64,000 nt of DNA from Mycobacteriales bacterium (lineage in GTDB: Bacteria > Actinomycetota > Actinomycetes > Mycobacteriales > QHCA01). The DNA is taken from contig JBBPZR010000002.1 of NCBI GenBank assembly GCA_038276285.1, positions 23,454 to 87,453 on the forward strand. The letters are read 5' to 3'. The notes below the pieces were generated by a model, which did no database searches, was not told the DNA's origin, and saw nothing but the letters and a program-made list of their open reading frames with translations. Position 1 is the first letter of the stretch, and each line of letters begins with the position of its first letter. The position numbers were made by a program, and so were the translations under genes. This document shows, one piece after another, positions 58,481-64,000 of the stretch.

Positions 58481-60057
58481 TGACGGCGTCCGACGAGGTT
58501 GCGTCGGCGGCAGTCGAGTCGCCGCTAGCCGAGGGCGACGTACGCCGGCTCGCCTCCGGCGCAGTGCTCAACCTCGCCGGCGCCGCAGTTTCCAGCGTGG
58601 TGAACATCGCGCTGGTCGTCACGATCACCCGCGGCGTGCCGAAAGCCGAGGCTGGCGTGTTCTTCGCCGCCACCTCGCTCTTCCTCATCCTCGCCATGGT
58701 GGCCAAGCTCGGCGCCAACACCGGCCTGGTCTACTTCGTGCCGCGGCTGCGCGTGTTGGGCCGACCCGACCTCATCGGGCGCCGCCTGCGCAACGCTCTT
58801 ATGGCGGTGCTGGCGGCTGCGGTGCTGCTCGGCGCGCTGCTCTGGACCTTTGCCGACCCCGCCGGCGACCTGGTCACTCGTGCGCACGGTGAGCAGGCGA
58901 CCGCGTACCTGCGGATTCTCGCGGTTTTGTTGCCGGCGGCGGTGCTGGCCGATGTCGCCCTCGCGGGCACCCGCGGCTTCCGGCACATGCGGCCGACGGT
59001 GCTGCTCGACCTGGCCGCTCGACCGATCCTGCAGCTGGCCTCGACGGTCCTCGTGGTGGCGCTCGACGCACCGCTCGCCTGGCTCGCGGTCGCCTGGGCC
59101 GCGCCGTACCTCCCCGAGATGCTCGCCGCGCTGGTCTGGCTCAGCCGGGTCCCGGAGCGGCGCGCCACGACCGCCACCACGGCGAACGTCGACGGGCTCG
59201 GGACCAGCGACTTCTGGCGCTTCACCGCGCCGCGGGCGCTCAACGCCGTCGTGCAGCTGGCGCTGCAGCGCCTCGACATCATCCTCATCGCGGTCCTGCG
59301 CGGCCCCCGCGAGGCGGCCATCTACACCGCGGCCACCCGGTTCCTCGTGGTCGGCCAACTCATCAGCCAGTCCATCTCCACGGTCGTCCAGCCCCGGCTC
59401 GCGGAGCTGCTTGCCCTGCGCGACCAGCACGGCGCCAGGATGGTCTACCAGGTGGCCACCTGCTGGGGGGTGCTAGTTAGCTGGCCGCTGTACCTGCTGG
59501 CCGTCGTGTTCTCGACCCAGCTGCTGGCTATCTTCGGCCGGGGGTACGCGGCCGGCGCCGGCGTCATCCTGCTGCTGGCAGCCTCGATGTTGGTCGCGAC
59601 GCTATGCGGCATGGTCAACGTCGTGCTCAACATGGCGGGGCGCACGACCTGGACGCTGGCCGACGGGCTGCTGGCGCTGGCCGTGATGGTCGGGATCGAT
59701 CTGGTGCTCATCCCGCAGCACGGCATCTTCGGGGCGGCGGTCGGCTGGGCGGCCGCGATCCTGGCCAACAACCTGATCCCCCTGGGTCAAGTCGCGACGT
59801 CGCTGCGGCTGCACCCCTTCGGCCCCGGCTCCTGGCGGGCAGCGCTGCTGGCCGGCGTCTGCTTCGGCGCGGTGCCCCTCGCGGTACGGGCGGTGGCCGG
59901 ATCCTCGCCGCGGGATATCGTGGTGGCGGTGGTCGGCGGTGCGCTCCTCTTCGCGGTCGGCTGCCACCGGCTGCAGCGGCAGCTGGCGCTGGACACCCTG
60001 CGAGGGCTGTGGCGTCGGCGCGCTCGCGGGCCAGCACTGGTCGGGGGGCCGGCGTGA
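58477..60057 (+). CDS. wzx: polysaccharide/oligosaccharide flippase (Wzx, MOP superfamily)
   Basis: Trimmed to ATG 58477 (ATGA overlap). It has about 12-14 TM segments, and the N-terminus RLASGAVLNLAGAAVSSVVNIALVVTITRG is typical of the polysaccharide biosynthesis protein family. Confidence 0.8.
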   Translation: MMTASDEVASAAVESPLAEGDVRRLASGAVLNLAGAAVSSVVNIALVVTITRGVPKAEAGVFFAATSLFLILAMVAKLGANTGLVYFVPRLRVLGRPDLIGRRLRNALMAVLAAAVLLGALLWTFADPAGDLVTRAHGEQATAYLRILAVLLPAAVLADVALAGTRGFRHMRPTVLLDLAARPILQLASTVLVVALDAPLAWLAVAWAAPYLPEMLAALVWLSRVPERRATTATTANVDGLGTSDFWRFTAPRALNAVVQLALQRLDIILIAVLRGPREAAIYTAATRFLVVGQLISQSISTVVQPRLAELLALRDQHGARMVYQVATCWGVLVSWPLYLLAVVFSTQLLAIFGRGYAAGAGVILLLAASMLVATLCGMVNVVLNMAGRTTWTLADGLLALAVMVGIDLVLIPQHGIFGAAVGWAAAILANNLIPLGQVATSLRLHPFGPGSWRAALLAGVCFGAVPLAVRAVAGSSPRDIVVAVVGGALLFAVGCHRLQRQLALDTLRGLWRRRARGPALVGGPA

Positions 60058-61010
60058 CCGCCACCGGCAACCGGCGGTCCGCACCGCGGCACGTGGAGTT
60101 GACTTGGTCCCAGGTGGCGCGGCTCGGCCTGGTGGGGCTGGCCTCCGACGTGCGGGACCGGCGCCGCGACGGGCCCGTCGGCGGCCCGCGGGTGGCCGTG
60201 CCGCTGCGTCGCCGCCTCGACCCGCGGGTCCGCGCGCCGATCTTCGTGATCGGTGCGCCCCGATCCGGGACGACGTTCCTGGGCCGCTGCGTCGGTCGGC
60301 TGCCGGAGGTCTCGTACCACTTCGAGCCGCGGCTGACCAAGGCGGCCGCTCGCTGCGTGTATGACGGCTCGTGGTCGGCGCAGCGGGCGGCTCGGGTGTT
60401 CCGCGGCTTCTACGGCGCGCTGCTGATCGCCGGCGGTGACGGTGGCCTGCGGTTCGCCGAGAAGAACCCGGAGAACTGCTTCATCGTGCCGTTCTTGTTC
60501 CGGACGTTCCCGGCCGCGCAGTTCGTACACATCGTCCGAGACGGCCGCGACGCGACCGTCTCGCATGCCCAGAAACCGTGGCTGAAAGCCGAGTCGGCGG
60601 CGTCGGGCCAGCGCGGCAGGGGCGGGGCCGCATGGGGGCCCCAGCCGCGCTTCTGGGTGGAGCCCGACCGGCACGAGGAGTTCCGATCGGTCTCCGACCT
60701 CGAACGCTCGGCGTGGTGCTGGCGCCGCTTCACCGAAGCGGCATTCGTTGGGCTCAGCACTCTACCGGCAGACCGGCTCCTCAGGGTGCGCTACGAGTCG
60801 ATGGTGCGCGATCCACGGGCCACTGCGGTGTCCCTCGGGGAGTTCCTGGGTCAGCCGGCCGGGGCCGGCCAGGACGCGCTGCGTACGGCGCTGGATGAGG
60901 CCAGCCCGTCGTCGGTCGGGCGCTGGCGGCCGGCACTGGACGAGCACGAGGCCGAGCTGGTCGCCCGACAATGCGGCAGCCTGCTGAATGAGCTTGGGTA
61001 CGACGACTGA
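60054..61010 (+). CDS. PAPS-dependent sulfotransferase (Sulfotransfer_3-like)
   Basis: GTG 60054 (GTGA overlap). 5'-PSB is IFVIGAPRSGTTFLG and 3'-PB is VHIVRDGRDATVS. Confidence 0.8.
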   Translation: MTATGNRRSAPRHVELTWSQVARLGLVGLASDVRDRRRDGPVGGPRVAVPLRRRLDPRVRAPIFVIGAPRSGTTFLGRCVGRLPEVSYHFEPRLTKAAARCVYDGSWSAQRAARVFRGFYGALLIAGGDGGLRFAEKNPENCFIVPFLFRTFPAAQFVHIVRDGRDATVSHAQKPWLKAESAASGQRGRGGAAWGPQPRFWVEPDRHEEFRSVSDLERSAWCWRRFTEAAFVGLSTLPADRLLRVRYESMVRDPRATAVSLGEFLGQPAGAGQDALRTALDEASPSSVGRWRPALDEHEAELVARQCGSLLNELGYDD

Positions 61011-61954
61011 TGGCCGGGCCGCCGCTGCTCGTCACCGGGTTGCCCCGGACCGGTACCAGCTGGGTCGGCAAGACGTTGGAGGCCAGCGGCCAGGTCGTCT
61101 ACATCAACGAGCCGCTGAATCCGCAGCACCCACCGGGTGGCTCGCCTGGTGTGCTCAACGCTTCGGTGGCGCATCGCTACCAGTACATCTGCGCGGACAA
61201 CGACGACGGCTGGCGGCCGGCGTTTTCCGACACCCTCCGCCTGCGTTACCACCCGGTGGCCGAGCTCCGGCGCAACAGGGGCGCCTACGACCTGGCCCGA
61301 ATGGCCAAGTACTCCACGTCGTTCACGGCGGGGCGGCTGCGGGGCCGGCGGGCGATGCTGGACGACCCCTGGGCAATCGTCTCGATCCCGTGGCTGGTCG
61401 AGCAGATGGGCTGCCAGCCGGTCGTGCTGGTCCGCCGGCCGCAGTCCTTCGCCGGTAGCTGGCGCAGGCTCGGCTGGCGGGTGGACTTCCACGACCTGCT
61501 CACGCAGCCGCAACTCCTACGTGACGTCCTCGGCCCCTACGAGCAGGAGATGCGGACGCTGTCCGGGTCGGCCGACTGGGTTGCCCAGATCAGCCTGCTC
61601 TGGACCGCCATGTATGCCGCCGTAGCGGATCTCGCCGACCGGATGCCCGAGATCACGGTGGTGCGCTACGAGGATCTCGCGGCCGAGCCGGTGCCCCGAT
61701 TTCGCGAGCTGTACGACGCCCTCGGGCTTCCCTGGACCGCCGATGTCGAGGCCGAGGTGACGAGGGCAACGACGGCCAAGGGCATCGCACCCGCCTTCCG
61801 CTGGAACCTGCGCGGTGGGCTCTCGCGCACCGGCTACCGGCCGATGGACAGCCGCAAGGCGCTCACGTCGTATCAGGAGGTCCTCACCGACGAGGAGGTC
61901 GACCGGATCTGCGCTCTCACGGCCGGTGTGACCAAGCGGTTCTACGACGGCTAG
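61010..61954 (+). CDS. sulfotransferase-family protein (divergent)
   Basis: TGATG junction with the upstream gene. The N-terminal P-loop-like element LLVTGLPRTGTSWVGK is present, and VVLVRRPQSFAGSW lies at the expected 3'-PB position. Confidence 0.7.
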   Translation: MAGPPLLVTGLPRTGTSWVGKTLEASGQVVYINEPLNPQHPPGGSPGVLNASVAHRYQYICADNDDGWRPAFSDTLRLRYHPVAELRRNRGAYDLARMAKYSTSFTAGRLRGRRAMLDDPWAIVSIPWLVEQMGCQPVVLVRRPQSFAGSWRRLGWRVDFHDLLTQPQLLRDVLGPYEQEMRTLSGSADWVAQISLLWTAMYAAVADLADRMPEITVVRYEDLAAEPVPRFRELYDALGLPWTADVEAEVTRATTAKGIAPAFRWNLRGGLSRTGYRPMDSRKALTSYQEVLTDEEVDRICALTAGVTKRFYDG

Positions 61955-61965
61955 ACGCCCAGCTG

Positions 61966-62919
61966 TCAGACGCCCCGGCCGTACCGGTGCAGCACCTTCA
62001 GCACCGTCTCCCCCGATACCAGGCGAGTTGTTACCAGCAGGGCCACGACGCCCCGCCATTCCCGCCAGTGCCGGCGCAGCGCGCGCACGGCCCATCGGCG
62101 AGCGTTTCGGCCGTCGCCCAGGCAGGCGTAGGCGAATCCCAGCTGGCCATAGACCCGGGCCGCGCCGACCCGGTGCCGACCGATGCCGGCATGCCGGCGG
62201 AGCATCCACTCGAGGGACTCGATCTTGCTCTCCCACTGCCGGGAGAAGAAGGAGGTGCGTCCCCACCGCACCCGGACCAGCGGCCGGTCCACATGCACGA
62301 TCGGGAGCTCGGCGGAGGCCCGCAGCAGCAGGTCCCAGTCCTCGTTCTGCCCCCCTGGGATCTCCTCGTCGACGAACCCGATGTCCTCGAGCAATGACCG
62401 CCGGAACAGGAACGTCGAGGAATGCAGCATCGCCATCCGGGAGCGCAGCAGCTGCTCCTGCGGGACGGTGTCGGTACCGGCCAGCCGGGGGCTGGTGTGC
62501 CCGTCGAAGGCCACCATGATGCTGCAGGTGCAGAACCGTGCTCCGGGCTTGGCCTGCAGGGCATCGACCTGGGCGGCCAGCTTGCCCGGCAGCCACTGGT
62601 CGTCGTCGTCGCAGAAGGCAACTAGCGCGTTGCCCGCGTTCTCCGCGTTGTCCGGCGCGGCGTTCTCCCCGAGGATGCGATCCAGGGCGGCGATGCCAGT
62701 GTTGCGCGCCCCGGCCAGGCCGGGACGGCGGGAGTTGGTCATGACCTCCACGGCGCTACTGGCGAGGCTCTGATCGGGCGTGGTTCCGTCGTACACGATC
62801 ACCACCCTGATCGGCCCGTCGTAGTCTTGCGACAGCACGCCGTCAATGGCCGCACGGAGCAATTCGGGGCGGTCCCGAGTGGGGATCACGACGCCGATCG
62901 AGGGCGGGGCGCCGCTCAT
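61966..62919 (-). CDS. family 2 glycosyltransferase
   Basis: IGVVIPTRDRPELLRAAIDGVLSQ, a DxD-type FCDDDDQW and the GT-A fold order. Confidence 0.85.
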   Translation of the reverse strand: MSGAPPSIGVVIPTRDRPELLRAAIDGVLSQDYDGPIRVVIVYDGTTPDQSLASSAVEVMTNSRRPGLAGARNTGIAALDRILGENAAPDNAENAGNALVAFCDDDDQWLPGKLAAQVDALQAKPGARFCTCSIMVAFDGHTSPRLAGTDTVPQEQLLRSRMAMLHSSTFLFRRSLLEDIGFVDEEIPGGQNEDWDLLLRASAELPIVHVDRPLVRVRWGRTSFFSRQWESKIESLEWMLRRHAGIGRHRVGAARVYGQLGFAYACLGDGRNARRWAVRALRRHWREWRGVVALLVTTRLVSGETVLKVLHRYGRGV

Positions 62920-63857
62920 GGCGAGCTCGGCCGGCGCCCGAGGTAGCCGTAGCGAGCCAGCATCGGCAGTGTCAGCGCGGTGACGGAGCGCCGGTACGTC
63001 GGCCGCAGGGCCGCCCGCCAGGCATCGTCGGGACGGATCGGCACGACGCCGGTACGAAAGCGCATCGGGTTGCCCGACGTGGTGTGCCCGGGTGACAGCT
63101 CGACCTGCCGGTCACCGACGAAGCCCAGAGCCCGATCATTGGTGGCGATGCCGGCAAACCCGGCGATGGCGCGGATGCTGGACCGCGGCTGGGCCACGAA
63201 GTCTTCGTACCGCACCCGCAGGATCGGTGTGCCCAGCCGGCCCAGCAGCGCGAAGACCGCATTGTGGCTGTCCCAGAGCAGAGCCGACTTCGCTGGCGAA
63301 TACCGGGTCATCATTTCCCCGGGGTCACCGGCCTCGGGCCGCGGCACCTGCTTTGTCCAGGAGTACGCGACCGCCCGGCTGTCGCGCACGCAGTGCACGA
63401 CCCGCAGGCCGATGTCCGGCGATCCGCGCAGGCAGAAGGCCAGCGATGGGTGCTTGCTTGAGTCGATGACAACGCTGGCGCCAGAGACCTCGGCGGCCGC
63501 GGCGTAGACCTTGCGGTAGTAGCCGAGATACTCCTCGAGCGGACCGCCCCGGTCGCCCCCGGCCGGTTGACGCGCCAGCCGGGGGATGAACCGCGTGCGG
63601 TCCACTGCGGCCCGCAGGTGCCCGATCCTCACGGGGTCGACCGCCGACCAGCCGCCGAAGGCCACCTCGCCCACCTGGCACCAGAACGGACAGCGGCTGA
63701 ACGCCTCGCCGCACCCGCACGACTCGTCCAGCACCAGGCTGCGCTCCCACAGATGCACGATCTCGCCCAGTGCGACCGCACCGGGAAGCTCCCCGAGCAC
63801 GCGCTCCAGTAGTGTCGTACCGCTGCGGCCCAACCCACCTAGGAAAAGCACTCTCAC
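62916..63857 (-). CDS. sulfotransferase-family protein (Stf0-like, with Cys-rich insert)
   Basis: MRVLFLGGLGRSGTTLLERVLG (5'-PSB) and VVHCVRDSRAVAYSW (3'-PB). A 4-nt overlap joins it to the downstream GT2 gene. Confidence 0.8.
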   Translation of the reverse strand: MRVLFLGGLGRSGTTLLERVLGELPGAVALGEIVHLWERSLVLDESCGCGEAFSRCPFWCQVGEVAFGGWSAVDPVRIGHLRAAVDRTRFIPRLARQPAGGDRGGPLEEYLGYYRKVYAAAAEVSGASVVIDSSKHPSLAFCLRGSPDIGLRVVHCVRDSRAVAYSWTKQVPRPEAGDPGEMMTRYSPAKSALLWDSHNAVFALLGRLGTPILRVRYEDFVAQPRSSIRAIAGFAGIATNDRALGFVGDRQVELSPGHTTSGNPMRFRTGVVPIRPDDAWRAALRPTYRRSVTALTLPMLARYGYLGRRPSSP

Positions 63858-63863
63858 GGGCGG

Positions 63864-64000
63864 TCAGCCAACCCGGAGCCGTTGCGGATTGAAGTACGGA
63901 TCACCGGCCAGGCCGCCGAACTGTTTGATCGCAGCCGGATCGTCGGTCAGCTGGTAGGCGCGCTTCGCCGCATGGCCGGCCGGATTGGAGTCGAAATAGC
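63864..64000 (-). CDS. 3' end of an unidentified gene (partial, continues beyond the window)
   Basis: Hand translation of the minus strand gives ...YFDSNPAGHAAKRAYQLTDDPAAIKQFGGLAGDPYFNPQRLRVG with a stop at 63864-66. It has coding-like codon bias, and I recognise no family. Confidence 0.3.
   Translation of the reverse strand, partial: YFDSNPAGHAAKRAYQLTDDPAAIKQFGGLAGDPYFNPQRLRVG

Overview
This is a high-GC (about 70%) actinobacterial chromosomal window. The left 40 kb is mostly conserved housekeeping synteny: selC-selD, a formate module (OFA antiporter, small subunit, NAD-dependent FDH), a Phd/VapC toxin-antitoxin pair, reverse-transsulfuration genes (metB-like, cbs), msrA, two SGNH hydrolases, thiolase, ndh, a PadR operon, then ppx-DUF501-ftsB-eno-DUF885-mazG-lipoprotein-mfd, DNA ligase and ppc. 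The right 25 kb is accessory. It holds a PAPS-supply module (APS kinase fused to a degenerate ATP-sulfurylase-like domain, plus a TauE/SafE permease). It also holds five paralogous secreted clan GH-A glycoside hydrolases, two of them preceded by ydaO-type c-di-AMP riboswitches, interspersed with IS and HsdR relics. Last comes a translationally coupled Wzx/Wzy-type surface-glycan operon with four sulfotransferases; a fifth sits next to mfd. The best candidate for an undescribed system is this multi-sulfated glycan locus, together with its PAPS module and the c-di-AMP-controlled hydrolases. Other oddities are a well-formed class-I tRNA with a UAA anticodon 10 nt downstream of ndh, several perfect palindromes in divergent promoter regions, a 50-aa small ORF below the ORF-track cutoff, a ghost copy of the mfd 5' region, and G-rich tandem repeats. 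All calls come from reading the sequence and translations; no database searches were run.
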